Part shown: positions 18,350-28,245 of the stretch, one piece after another | How the letters are laid out: each line of letters starts with the position of its first letter | Position numbering within the stretch: position 1 is the first letter of the stretch | Origin: Candidatus Zixiibacteriota bacterium | GTDB lineage: Bacteria > Zixibacteria > MSB-5A5 > SM1-73 | NCBI GenBank assembly: GCA_049694315.1 | Contig: JBAVQU010000061.1 | Coordinates: 38,796-102,795, forward strand | Length of the DNA: 64,000 bases | Direction: 5' to 3' | Made by a program: the position numbers and the translations under genes | Notes under the pieces: generated by a model | Seen by the model: the letters and a program-made list of their open reading frames with translations, nothing else | Database searches by the model: none | What the model was told of the DNA's origin: nothing

Positions 18350-20275
18350 TTGACCGCGAGATTCATGGTTACTACCCCCATTTACTATGTCAACGATAGA
18401 CCGCACTTAGGTCAAGCCTACACCACGATTGCGGCAGACGTCTTGGCCCGTTTTCATCGAATGGCGGGTGACGAGACGTTCTTTTTGACCGGCACGGACG
18501 AACACGGCTCCAAGGTAGAGGAGACGGCGAAGAAGCTGGGCAAGACCCCTCAAGAATTGTGCGACCTAAACGTCGAGTATTTCAAAGGAGCGTGGAGGAG
18601 CCTGAATATATCGTATGATTACTTCGTCCGAACGACTGATCTTCGACATCGCCAGGCTGTGGTGAAGCTCCTTGATCTCTTGTACGCGACCACCATCCCC
18701 GATGGAGAGAAAGCAGTCTATCCGGGAGAATACTCCGGGCTTTACTGTTTGGGCTGTGAGAAGTTTGTCACGGAAAAAGACCTGGTCAACGGTCTGTGCC
18801 CGGATCATCTGCAGGAGCCAAAAAAAATTACGGAAAAAAACTATTTCTTTCGCCTTACCTCCTATTTGAAGCAGGTGGAGGAGCTAATCAGGACGGACCA
18901 GCTGAAAATATCTCCGGAGGAGAGAAGGAAAGAGACTCTGGGACTTCTAAGACAAGAGTTGGAGGATTTCTCCATTTCCAGGGAAAAGGTGACCTGGGGG
19001 ATCCCTCTCCCCTTCGATCCGGGCCAGAATGCCTATGTCTGGGTGGATGCTCTTCCCAATTATATCTCCGCCATCGGATATGGAGATGATTTGGAGAAAT
19101 TCCATAAGTGGTGGAGAGATGGGAAAGTGGTTCATCTGATCGGCAAGGACATCCTGAAGTTTCACGCCATTTTCTGGCCCGCCATGCTCCTGGCTTTGGG
19201 AGAAAAACCTCCGGACGAGATATTCGTTCACGGGTTCTTTACCATAAACGGCCAGAAAATGAGCAAGACCTTGGGCAATGTCCTCTATCCTGAATCCCTT
19301 GTGGAGAAATACGGCTCCGATGGAGCCCGTTATCTTTTGCTCACGCAATTTCCTTTTGGTCAGGATGGGGACATTCAGGAAGAAAGATTCGTGGAGAAAT
19401 ACAACGCCGATCTGGCCAATGACTTGGGTAATCTGGTTAGCAGGACGTTGAAGATGGTGGGAAGTTATGGCCAGGGGAGAATCCCCAAACCTTCCGCCTA
19501 CGATCAGTCAGATGAGAGCATCCAGATCGAAGCCACCGAGTGCGGCCAGATTGTCTGGAAACAGATACAAGGGATCAATCTCAATCAGGCCATCGACCAG
19601 GTTGCCAGGCTGGTCCGAACCACCAATCGGTATGTGGAGAGCCAGGCTCCTTGGGCACTGGCCAGAGACAACAAGAAGGAGAGACTGGAGACCGTATTGT
19701 ATGTAAGCTGTGAGGTCCTGAGAATCATCAGCGCACTCTTCTACCCGGTGCTTCCGCAGAAGTGCATCAGACTAAGGGAGCTTTTGGGTCTATCCGATAA
19801 GGATCTCATTCCCACTCTCGAGGAGACAAGAGAATGGGGTAAACTAAAGGCGGGGACAAAGGTAGGCATCCCACAGCCCCTTTTCCCCAGACTGGAAAAA
19901 GAAGTCAAGGAGGGAAAAGAGAAAGTGGACACTCTTCAAGAGAATACGGTTCCGGAGCTGACGTTTGAGGAGTTCTCCAAGCTCGATTTGAGAGTAGCGG
20001 AAGTTAAGGAGGCGGAAAGGGTAAAGGGTGCGGACAAGCTTCTGAAGTTGAAAATAGACTTAGGCTCGGAAGAACGACAGATCGTGGCAGGCATAGCAGA
20101 GCAATATTCTCCGGAGGAGATGGTAGGCAAAAAGATTGTGGTGGTAGCTAATCTGAAACCGGCCAAAATCAGGGGAATAGAATCAAAGGGCATGCTTCTG
20201 GCTGCCAAAGACGGCGCGATCTTGAGCTTGGTTAGCCTGGACAAAGAGGTGAAAGGCGGATCAAAGATAAGTTAG
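18350..20275 (+). CDS. metG: Methionine--tRNA ligase with a C-terminal EMAP/tRNA-binding domain
   Basis: The HIGH-region equivalent is 'TTPIYYVNDRPHLGQAYTT' and the KMSKS motif is 'KMSKTLGNV'. The C-terminus 'KLLKLKIDLGSEERQIVAGIA' is an OB-fold tRNA-binding domain. It starts on TTG after an AAGGAGGA SD. Confidence 0.9.
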   Translation: MTARFMVTTPIYYVNDRPHLGQAYTTIAADVLARFHRMAGDETFFLTGTDEHGSKVEETAKKLGKTPQELCDLNVEYFKGAWRSLNISYDYFVRTTDLRHRQAVVKLLDLLYATTIPDGEKAVYPGEYSGLYCLGCEKFVTEKDLVNGLCPDHLQEPKKITEKNYFFRLTSYLKQVEELIRTDQLKISPEERRKETLGLLRQELEDFSISREKVTWGIPLPFDPGQNAYVWVDALPNYISAIGYGDDLEKFHKWWRDGKVVHLIGKDILKFHAIFWPAMLLALGEKPPDEIFVHGFFTINGQKMSKTLGNVLYPESLVEKYGSDGARYLLLTQFPFGQDGDIQEERFVEKYNADLANDLGNLVSRTLKMVGSYGQGRIPKPSAYDQSDESIQIEATECGQIVWKQIQGINLNQAIDQVARLVRTTNRYVESQAPWALARDNKKERLETVLYVSCEVLRIISALFYPVLPQKCIRLRELLGLSDKDLIPTLEETREWGKLKAGTKVGIPQPLFPRLEKEVKEGKEKVDTLQENTVPELTFEEFSKLDLRVAEVKEAERVKGADKLLKLKIDLGSEERQIVAGIAEQYSPEEMVGKKIVVVANLKPAKIRGIESKGMLLAAKDGAILSLVSLDKEVKGGSKIS

Positions 20276-20615
20276 GCAGATGATCTTCGGAAGACGTGGG
20301 GCGAAGGTACGATTATCGACCGTCTGAGTTTCCTTTCAGGTTTTCCTTCTCTCAGTCATGTGCGGCGACTAATGATCGGCAATTTGCACCAGTCCAAAGA
20401 CGAGCAGGGTCAGGGTGCATGGTGAGCCACTCAATCTCCAAACGTGGTTCATTCGACGGCAGGCGCAGGGCGTAGGATGACGGAAGACATTCCGCCCTCT
20501 ATTACCACTGCCATCAAACCGTAGAGAGTCTCAGAATTCGGTAACAGAGAATATCCAAACTTTGACCAAAGGCCCTATTTTGTTTTCTGAATGACCGAAA
20601 TCGAATGAGGTCCCG

Positions 20616-21980
20616 GTGATAGATACACATGCGCATTTAGACACAAAGCAATTTGCCAAAGACCGGTCACAAGTCATAGAGCATGCCTTCTCCGGCGGAG
20701 TGGAGAAAATCATCAATGTCGGCTTTGATTTCAAATCCAGTCAAAGCTCGGTTCGGCTGGCTGAGGAATACGATCAGATTTACGCTGCCGTGGGATTTCA
20801 CCCGCATGATGCCAAGGACCTAACGGAGGAGTCGCTCAAAGAGATCGAGAAGCTGGCCTGCCACAAAAAAGTCGTGGCTGTTGGCGAGATCGGCTTGGAT
20901 TTTTACAGAAATCTGTCTCCGCATGAAGACCAAGTGAGAGCATTTAAAAAACAGATTGCCTTAGCCAAAGACCTTAAGCTTCCCATAGTGGTGCATGTCC
21001 GGGAGGCCTGGGATGCCGCCCTTGCTATTCTGAAGGAGACCGGGGCCGGTCAACTGGGGGGAGTGCTTCACTCTTTCACCGGAAACTCAAAGCAGGCCCA
21101 GACAGCTCTGGATTTAGGTTTCCATCTGAGCTTCAATGGAATGCTCGGTTATCCTGATTCCGGAACTTGTCGGGTTGCAAAAGGCATTCCGACAGATTCA
21201 CTTCTGGTTGAGACCGATTCCCCTTATCTCTCACCGATTCCGCAAAGGGACAAAAGAAATCAACCCGCATACGTGAGGTTTGTTTTGGAAAAACTCTCCG
21301 AGCTTCTCTCTCCCTTAACCTTTCAGGATGTGGAACGAATCACCTCCGTCAACGCCTGTCGCTTGTTCAATCTGGATAAGGAGATCAAGCCACAGATAGC
21401 TTATCCCATTCGCAATAGCCTGTATCTGAACATCACCAATCGTTGTTCCAACTCTTGTGTGTTCTGCGTGCGCAACTTTACCGATTTCGTCAAGGGTCAC
21501 AATCTGCGACTCAAGCACGAGCCTACATTCCCGGAAGTAATCAGGTCTTTGGACCGTCTGCATGAATATGAGGAGGTGGTTTTCTGTGGGTACGGCGAGC
21601 CGACCATCCGCCTGGATCTGCTGAAAGATGTGGCGCGATATCTGAAGAGCGAAAATGTGAAAGTTAGATTGAACACTAACGGCCAGGGCAATCTCATTCA
21701 CCGAAGGAGCATAGTGCCGGAACTGGTGGGTTTGATAGACATAGTTTCCATCAGCCTAAATGTCGATGACGCCAAGAGGTACGACCAATTATGCAGATCG
21801 CAGTTCGGGGAGGGTATCTTTGAGAGAATTATCGATTTTGCAAAAGAGTGCAAAAGGCTTCTACCCCGGACGATTCTTACTGTGCTTGACCTGCCCGAGG
21901 TGGATTTGAAAAAGTGTGAGAGCATCGCCGACCGGTTAGGGGTCGAACTTCGCGTTCGGCATTACAACCAAGTCGGATAG
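20616..21980 (+). CDS. Fusion protein: an N-terminal TatD-family metal-dependent hydrolase joined to a C-terminal radical-SAM domain (resembles the 'TatD-associated radical SAM' family)
   Basis: The TatD motifs are 'IDTHAHLD', 'VGEIGLDFY' and 'LLVETDSPYL'. The C-terminal half reads 'NITNRCSNSCVFCVR' (CxxxCxxC) followed by a GYGEP-like SAM-binding motif. Confidence 0.75.
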   Translation: MIDTHAHLDTKQFAKDRSQVIEHAFSGGVEKIINVGFDFKSSQSSVRLAEEYDQIYAAVGFHPHDAKDLTEESLKEIEKLACHKKVVAVGEIGLDFYRNLSPHEDQVRAFKKQIALAKDLKLPIVVHVREAWDAALAILKETGAGQLGGVLHSFTGNSKQAQTALDLGFHLSFNGMLGYPDSGTCRVAKGIPTDSLLVETDSPYLSPIPQRDKRNQPAYVRFVLEKLSELLSPLTFQDVERITSVNACRLFNLDKEIKPQIAYPIRNSLYLNITNRCSNSCVFCVRNFTDFVKGHNLRLKHEPTFPEVIRSLDRLHEYEEVVFCGYGEPTIRLDLLKDVARYLKSENVKVRLNTNGQGNLIHRRSIVPELVGLIDIVSISLNVDDAKRYDQLCRSQFGEGIFERIIDFAKECKRLLPRTILTVLDLPEVDLKKCESIADRLGVELRVRHYNQVG

Positions 21981-22067
21981 TCTCGTGGTCTGGGCAGTGG
22001 TTCCTGCCCGTGACTGCGGATTACCGGGCAAACGCCGGGCAGCACGCTGACCAGACGGGGTCGGAAT

Positions 22068-22868
22068 GTGAGACCAAGAAAGAGCCTAAGCCAGAATTTC
22101 CTCATCGACGATCGGGCTGCCGCAAGAATCGTTGACCGCCTGGAATTGAGCAAAGATGACGTCGTTCTGGAGATCGGATCAGGCCGGGGAGCTTTAACCA
22201 AGCATTTGGTGAAGAAAGCCAAGAAGGTCATTGCAGTCGAGATCGACAAGCGATTGTGCTCATGTCTGGAAAAACAGCTTGGCCCGAAGAAAAATCTTGA
22301 GATAGTGAACCAAGACATCCTCAGGCTGGACTTCAAGGACTTGCTTCAGCCGGAGAGCCGATGCAAGGTGGTGGGAAATATCCCTTATAAGATCACCTCT
22401 CCCCTTCTCTCTCTCCTTCTCAAACACAAGCAATCGATCACCCTCTGCGTTCTGACGGTCCAAAAGGAGGTGGCTGTCAGAATCTGCTCTGTTCCGGGAA
22501 GCAGGGATTGGTCCCCTTTATCCATAGCGGTCCAGCTTTTCTCGGACGTGCAAATTCTCTTTCATCTCAAACCCAGCTCTTTCTTCCCCCAGCCTCGGGT
22601 CGATTCCTCGGTGGTAAAAATAGTGTTTCTGCCCAAACCCAGGGTTCCACTTCCAGACGAGCGGCTGTTTTTCAAAGTGGTTCGGGCGGCTTTCGGGCAG
22701 CGGAGAAAAATCCTCTTGAACTCCCTGGCATCGAATTTGGATTTGCCCAAGAAGGAACTTGAGGTTATCTTGAATACGGCAGGTATCGACCCTAAAAGAC
22801 GGGCAGAGACTTTGTGCTTGAGCGAATTTGCCATTTTGTCTTCTGCCATTCATCGGTCTTTGAATTAG
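22068..22868 (+). CDS. rsmA: 16S rRNA (adenine1518/1519-N6)-dimethyltransferase
   Basis: It carries 'SLSQNFLID', the 'LEIGSGRGALT' SAM-binding motif, and 'GNIPYKITSP'. Confidence 0.9.
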   Translation: MRPRKSLSQNFLIDDRAAARIVDRLELSKDDVVLEIGSGRGALTKHLVKKAKKVIAVEIDKRLCSCLEKQLGPKKNLEIVNQDILRLDFKDLLQPESRCKVVGNIPYKITSPLLSLLLKHKQSITLCVLTVQKEVAVRICSVPGSRDWSPLSIAVQLFSDVQILFHLKPSSFFPQPRVDSSVVKIVFLPKPRVPLPDERLFFKVVRAAFGQRRKILLNSLASNLDLPKKELEVILNTAGIDPKRRAETLCLSEFAILSSAIHRSLN

Positions 22869-23034
22869 GACCTGTGGGAAAAACATTGGGCCAGGACTTT
22901 GTTGCGCGGGCGAAACTCCAAGCATCTCCCCTATTGTGCTTTCTGATGAGCCCAGACGGGGAATACGGCGCGAAGCGAAAAGAGGACGAATTAGATACTC
23001 AAAAGCATCCATCTCAAAACAGGCTCTTTCTCGA

Positions 23035-24879
23035 ATGATGAGATTCGTTGGTCACGTGTCCGAAATGGCAAAATTGTCCTTTTTGATATTCCTTCTGTTA
23101 CCCGTACTTCTGCTGAAACCCGCCTTGGCTGCCCAGCTTAGGCTGGATTTCTCTCAGGATAATCGGACGTACGTATGGAACACCAGATTGGACTGTGACC
23201 GCAAGGTTGAAGCCGGCCTCTCCTGGGCTTTTACCAGCTCCATAAATTCCATGCTGACCAAAAAGTCAATCTTTTCGAATAATCAGAACCGGTGGCAGGA
23301 GAACGGCAATGTCGGCTTGAACTTAGATTACGGTTTCACCGGCCGGCTAAAAATCGGCGCGGTCTTTAGTCAGGAGACCAACTCCCTGGAACAAAAGAAA
23401 GTGACCAACTCGGTTTATGGCATCACCTCAGAATATGATTTCTTGGGGGTAAAGCTGGCTCAGATGCTGGGAGGGAAAAACATCGATCGCCGGTGGGAAC
23501 AGGGAAAGAGGAACGACGCCGGATTCAATCATCAGCTGGAGATTGCCTGGTCTCCGCAGCTTTTTACGGGATCGACCAGCCATATCTCGGTAAGCCAAAC
23601 CAGCTCGAGATTGAGCCATGTCCCGCTTTTGGAAAGAGATTTGAATCTCTCCTTTGCAAAGTCCTTCTCCCGAGATGACAGCCTCGAGTTCTTCTATCAG
23701 GAAGGCTGGTCCAAGAAAGGTTTCTACCAAGGAGAGCTTACCGATTCCCAGATTTACACCCAGCGAAGGACTCAGAGGGTGATCAGCCTCCGATCCTCCG
23801 CCGTGGTTCCTTTACAGATCAAAGTGGACTTCGACTTCGACTTCACCGGGAATGGTTATAAGTATTCGGGCAGACCGGGAGCTTTTTCATCCGTCCTCAG
23901 CAACAACTCGTCCAATTCTCTAAGTTTCAACCTCCGGACCGAGAGAAGTTTTTTCAAGCGGCTCAGCCTCGGAGGTTTTTACAAATACACTCAGACCGAA
24001 GAGGATTACTCAAATAATCAGAGGGATCAAACCATGAAAGGCGGCGAGTTGGGTGGGAATCTGGCCATGAGCATAAGTGACTTAGATTCCCTGCATCTTA
24101 TCGCCTCCATTGGGGTAACCTCATTCTATGCATCGCAGGTTTCAGCACAGCTGAATGATCGGGACATTCAGACTCTTTTCTCCTGGGGGGACTATCGGCA
24201 CGTCTTCAGCCGGTTTCTCTCCCTCCGCATGGAGGGCGGCTTTCGCAACTTCCATCAGGTTTACGTTTCCAATCGCCTCTCCGCCAACAACAATCACAAC
24301 CAGACCTACGTTCTCTCTCCCACGCTGATCTGGCGACCTCACTTTAGGCTGGATATCAGGCAGAACTACAATATTCAGGCCAATTATATCTACTATGATT
24401 ACGAGAAATCAAAAGAGAGCACCAACAACCGGCTCTTTCGTCGCGCCAGCAGCGGGACGAACATAGACTATTCTTTGACTCACCGCGTCATCTTCGGCTT
24501 GGGATACACGTACAAATACGAAGACTACGGTCAGCTCATCTGGAAGGACCAGTGGGTACAGAGACCAAGCTGGGAAAGGAGAACTCACACCATAGATCTC
24601 TCCGTTAAGTATGCACCATCGAAAAGCTGGGACCTTGTCCCGCAGTACACCTATGAGAGTAGGAGGTCGTGGGATCACTATACTGATGTGATGACCATGG
24701 AAAGAATGCGCACGTTAAGCGACAGGTTTCACCGGAACATGATCTCTTTGTCTTGCAGACATCTGACGGACGACCGCAATTATCTGAGTTTCAGCTGGGG
24801 CACCTGGGTGCAAAAGAGCACCGCCAGCGCCAAAGAGACCTCCAATTATGCCACCGTTTCAGTCAGCCGGATATTTTGA
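23035..24879 (+). CDS. Putative outer-membrane beta-barrel protein of unknown function
   Basis: The likely start is the ATG at 23035 or 23065; the signal peptide is 'MAKLSFLIFLLLPVLLLKPALAA'. It has an alternating amphipathic pattern rich in Y/F/W and a C-terminal '...VSVSRIF'. Confidence 0.5.
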   Translation: MMRFVGHVSEMAKLSFLIFLLLPVLLLKPALAAQLRLDFSQDNRTYVWNTRLDCDRKVEAGLSWAFTSSINSMLTKKSIFSNNQNRWQENGNVGLNLDYGFTGRLKIGAVFSQETNSLEQKKVTNSVYGITSEYDFLGVKLAQMLGGKNIDRRWEQGKRNDAGFNHQLEIAWSPQLFTGSTSHISVSQTSSRLSHVPLLERDLNLSFAKSFSRDDSLEFFYQEGWSKKGFYQGELTDSQIYTQRRTQRVISLRSSAVVPLQIKVDFDFDFTGNGYKYSGRPGAFSSVLSNNSSNSLSFNLRTERSFFKRLSLGGFYKYTQTEEDYSNNQRDQTMKGGELGGNLAMSISDLDSLHLIASIGVTSFYASQVSAQLNDRDIQTLFSWGDYRHVFSRFLSLRMEGGFRNFHQVYVSNRLSANNNHNQTYVLSPTLIWRPHFRLDIRQNYNIQANYIYYDYEKSKESTNNRLFRRASSGTNIDYSLTHRVIFGLGYTYKYEDYGQLIWKDQWVQRPSWERRTHTIDLSVKYAPSKSWDLVPQYTYESRRSWDHYTDVMTMERMRTLSDRFHRNMISLSCRHLTDDRNYLSFSWGTWVQKSTASAKETSNYATVSVSRIF

Positions 24880-24894
24880 TCGATTAGGGTCCCT

Positions 24895-25533
24895 ATGAAA
24901 ACATCTCTAGGATTTCGTTCTTATCGTCTCTGTGTCATCTCTCTGCTGCTGACCGCACAATTCTGTGGGTGGGGATGTAAGAATCCCTTTAAGACTAGAA
25001 GCTCCCCACCGCCAGTGGTCACCCAGGGCACCTGGGAGACTCCGGCCGAACCCAAGATAGTGCTTCAGAATTTGCTTCACGCGTACGCTGAGAGGATCAT
25101 GGTCAATTTCGCCCAGTGCCTGTCGGATTCTTTCAGATTCTCCGCCCCGGAGGATTCCGTGGATGCAGTCAATCAGGGCCGCGCCGATCTGTTTGCGCAA
25201 TGGGACAGATCGGCAGAGATCAGTGTCACCACTAATATTTTCAGCACCTTCAGCCCGAACAACGACTCATTGAGTTACGTTTTGTCGTTTCAGTCCATTC
25301 CGCCGGTTCCGGACGACATCACGGATACGGTAGCGGTTCTTTCGAGAAACTATGAATTGAGCGTGCTTAACTTGACGTCGACGCCTCCTGAAACCACTTT
25401 GGTAAAGGGAACAGCTACTTTCTACATGAAGCAGAGCTTCTTGAGCTGGTGGAGCATCTATTTCTGGAGTGACATTCAGGCCTCACCCGGAAACGACGAC
25501 TGGGCAGACTTCAAGGCCAGATTCAGAAAGTGA
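24895..25533 (+). CDS. Hypothetical lipoprotein (paralog A)
   Basis: It has a signal peptide with the lipobox-like motif 'LLLTAQFCGWGC'. It lies 15 nt after the barrel gene. Confidence 0.45.
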   Translation: MKTSLGFRSYRLCVISLLLTAQFCGWGCKNPFKTRSSPPPVVTQGTWETPAEPKIVLQNLLHAYAERIMVNFAQCLSDSFRFSAPEDSVDAVNQGRADLFAQWDRSAEISVTTNIFSTFSPNNDSLSYVLSFQSIPPVPDDITDTVAVLSRNYELSVLNLTSTPPETTLVKGTATFYMKQSFLSWWSIYFWSDIQASPGNDDWADFKARFRK

Positions 25534-25546
25534 GATTGGTCCTTTC

Positions 25547-26116
25547 ATGCACGATTTCTCGGTGAAATCAAGAAGAGCTAAGCTTTGCATTTTGCACTTG
25601 GCTTTCTGCATCCTTCTTTGCGGCTGTTTCAATCCATTTTCTCCGTCGGTGACTGCCCCCGGAGTCCTCAAGCCCATTGCTCGACAGGTTGATCCGGATA
25701 GCGTTCTGTACAACTTCAGATACGCTTACGAGAACCGCGACAGCTTGGTCTACGAGAACTGTCTGGATCAGGAGTTCTTCTTCAAGTATTGGGACCAAAC
25801 CGCGGCTGGGGTGGGCGAAGTGGAAACCGGGTTTCCCAGGAGCGAGGACATCCAGGTCACTAAAGATCTTTTCAGGTTTTTCGACGATATCCGGTTGGAT
25901 AGGTGGAGCGTGGAGCAGGTGGCTGACACCGTGGTAGGAGACGAAACCTGGAAAAGGCGAAACGTGAGTTTCGATCTGTTGGTCTGGGATACCAACGGCG
26001 ATTACAATTATCAGTATTATCAAGCCTCGGGACGTGCCGAGTTCTCTTTCCGACGTTCCGCCAAGGATAATATGTGGCGCATCGTCCACTGGGTAGATAG
26101 ATCTGTTTCACCCTGA
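25547..26116 (+). CDS. Hypothetical lipoprotein (paralog B)
   Basis: The start was moved to ATG 25547; the signal peptide plus cysteine is 'LHLAFCILLCGC'. Its 'CFNPFSPSV...YNFRYAYENRD' segment parallels 'CKNPFKTRS...LLHAYAERI' in the preceding gene. Confidence 0.45.
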   Translation: MHDFSVKSRRAKLCILHLAFCILLCGCFNPFSPSVTAPGVLKPIARQVDPDSVLYNFRYAYENRDSLVYENCLDQEFFFKYWDQTAAGVGEVETGFPRSEDIQVTKDLFRFFDDIRLDRWSVEQVADTVVGDETWKRRNVSFDLLVWDTNGDYNYQYYQASGRAEFSFRRSAKDNMWRIVHWVDRSVSP

Positions 26117-26146
26117 ACGCAGCAATTAAGTAAACGGAGGAATCAA

Positions 26147-26869
26147 ATGGCGAAGTTGAGCATAAACGTGGATCACGTTGCCACCATCCGAGAGGCCAGA
26201 AAGGCCTTGGAGCCTGATCCGGTGGCAGCGGCAATAGCCTCAGAGGTCGCCGGGGCAGACGGAATCACCATCCATCTCCGCGGAGACAGAAGACACATCC
26301 AGGATCGCGACCTCAAAATCCTGAGGGAAGTGGTCAGAACCTCTTTGAATCTGGAGATGGCGGCCACCGACCAAATGGTGGAGAAAGCCTTTCAGATCAA
26401 GCCGGACATGGCGACTTTGGTTCCGGAGAGAGAGGGCGAGATAACCACGGAAGGCGGCTTGGACGTGCAGAGCAATTTCGAGAAGCTCAATCAGACCATC
26501 GGCAAGCTCCAGCTGAGCGGCATGGTGGTAAGTCTTTTCGTCAACCCGGATGAGGAAAGCATCAAAGCCGCGGCCAAACTGCGTACCGACTACGTGGAGA
26601 TCAACACCGACAGCTATGCGTCCGCCAAAAGCGTCAGCGACCAGATCACTCAGCTGGAAAGACTGGAGAAGATGGCGGCTTTGGCCCATCGGCTGAATCT
26701 CGGAATAAACATGGGGCATGGGCTGAATTACCGGAACATCACGAATCTGGCTCAAATCCAACCCATCCATGAATTCTCTATCGGTCATGCCATCGTTGCC
26801 CGTGCGGTTCTGGTGGGGTTCGAAAAGGCGGTAAGAGAAATGCTGGATTTAGTCAAGAGATTCAAGTAA
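26147..26869 (+). CDS. pdxJ: Pyridoxine 5'-phosphate synthase
   Basis: It carries 'LSINVDHVATIREAR' and 'ITIHLRGDRRHIQDRD'. An AGGAGGAATCAA SD precedes the ATG. Confidence 0.9.
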   Translation: MAKLSINVDHVATIREARKALEPDPVAAAIASEVAGADGITIHLRGDRRHIQDRDLKILREVVRTSLNLEMAATDQMVEKAFQIKPDMATLVPEREGEITTEGGLDVQSNFEKLNQTIGKLQLSGMVVSLFVNPDEESIKAAAKLRTDYVEINTDSYASAKSVSDQITQLERLEKMAALAHRLNLGINMGHGLNYRNITNLAQIQPIHEFSIGHAIVARAVLVGFEKAVREMLDLVKRFK

Positions 26870-26892
26870 TCTGAAGCTGATGTCTTTTCAGC

Positions 26893-26927
26893 CGGAGCAC
26901 CGGTTCCGAATTTTTGTTTGTTTTTCG
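26893..26927 (+). terminator. Rho-independent terminator after pdxJ
   Basis: The hairpin is CGGAGC-ACCG-GTTCCG. It is followed by 'AATTTTTGTTTGTTTTTCG'. Confidence 0.5.
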
Positions 26928-27051
26928 TCGCTTTTCCATGACGGGATGAAGCCTGGCCCGGATCAAGCGAGGGGATGTGAATGGAGCCTGCCAAATGAAA
27001 GCGTTTGCAGTTCTCCTCAGGGAGCTGCAGGCGAGGTTGCCGTGTGACCGG

Positions 27052-27708
27052 CTAGCGAATTGCAGTCAGGACTCTCTCCCATCGGACTCGCGAGGGGAAA
27101 TGAATAAGATCGTAGAATAGTATCTCAAAAAATGAACCTATGTAAGGACTGGACCATTGGGGGGCATTCGAATCTGGAGCCCACGAAAAATAAATCACCA
27201 GTGCTTTCCCTTTGATATTCCCCCTATCTAAGAAACCCCAATCTCTGGAGTCTTGGCTGTTGTCCCGGTTGTCCCCCAGCACACAGTATTGACCTTTGGG
27301 TACCTCGAACGGGCCGAAATTGTCCCGGTTGGAATATTCCGCCGGCAATATCTGATGGTCTATGTGCCTGGACGGGAACGAAGTCTCAGCTTCTTCGCCA
27401 TCGACGTATAACCTCTTATTCACGATTTCCACAATTTGACCTTCAGAGGCGACTATCCTCTTTATGAACGTCTTGCTGGGATTGAAAGGATGCTTGAAAA
27501 CGATGATGTCCCCCACCTTGGGTTCAGAAAAATGATAGACCAGCTTATAGACCAGCAAGAAATCACCGTCCAGCAGGGTATCCTCCATGGATCGAGAGGG
27601 AATTCGGTATCCCTGGACCACGTAAGTGCGCAGAAGCATGCCTATTACCAAGGCAATGCCTATGGTCAAGGCATAAGGCTTAAGCTTGGATTTGCCTCTT
27701 CTTCTCAT
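27052..27708 (-). CDS. lepB: Signal peptidase I
   Basis: It has an N-terminal TM segment. The Ser box is 'IPSRSMEDTL' and the C-terminus carries the 'VLGDNRDNSQDSRDWGF' motif. Confidence 0.85.
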   Translation of the reverse strand: MRRRGKSKLKPYALTIGIALVIGMLLRTYVVQGYRIPSRSMEDTLLDGDFLLVYKLVYHFSEPKVGDIIVFKHPFNPSKTFIKRIVASEGQIVEIVNKRLYVDGEEAETSFPSRHIDHQILPAEYSNRDNFGPFEVPKGQYCVLGDNRDNSQDSRDWGFLDRGNIKGKALVIYFSWAPDSNAPQWSSPYIGSFFEILFYDLIHFPSRVRWERVLTAIR

Positions 27709-28245
27709 CTTTTTGTGATCCTATAGGCGTGACTTTACCTCTCCGCACGGATCATGCGCCATATCATTATCTGTATCGGTACTTTCGGCAAGGAGTTTAA
27801 GAGCCTTCCCCCGGAACGACCCTGGTGGACCGGCGACGCGGCATATCTCTAATTCAAGCATCTCCACATCCGACGGATCCAACCATCATCGCCCAGTTCC
27901 GCTCTCATGGTGGTGATTGGCTGTGGCCGAGACCGGAACGGCTAGTCACCTTCATTTGGGGCGCCTCGGAAAAGGCGACAGAGAATGGCCGGGCATGGGC
28001 TGCTCAGCCTGCAATAACTCGACTTTCTTGGGTGGCGTAGACAGGGTTCTCCGGTCTGTAGCGGGGTTTCCTCAAAGTATTATCAGCCCTGCCAAGCGAA
28101 TTAGCCGGAGAGTCTGTAAGAATCACTTGACTTCAGAGAGCCAAACCATAAGTTTGTGGCGAATCTTAAGCTCTCTTTTTTGCACCAATGAAATTTGACG
28201 GTTAACGTCTTTACTATGAGGAACCCATAACGCCAGTGAGGGAAC

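Noticed and set aside
18029-18406. A 125-aa minus-strand ORF inside the metG leader
   Set aside because: It is arginine- and serine-rich low-complexity sequence with no SD site. It overlaps the metG start and is antisense to the probable leader, so it is judged spurious.
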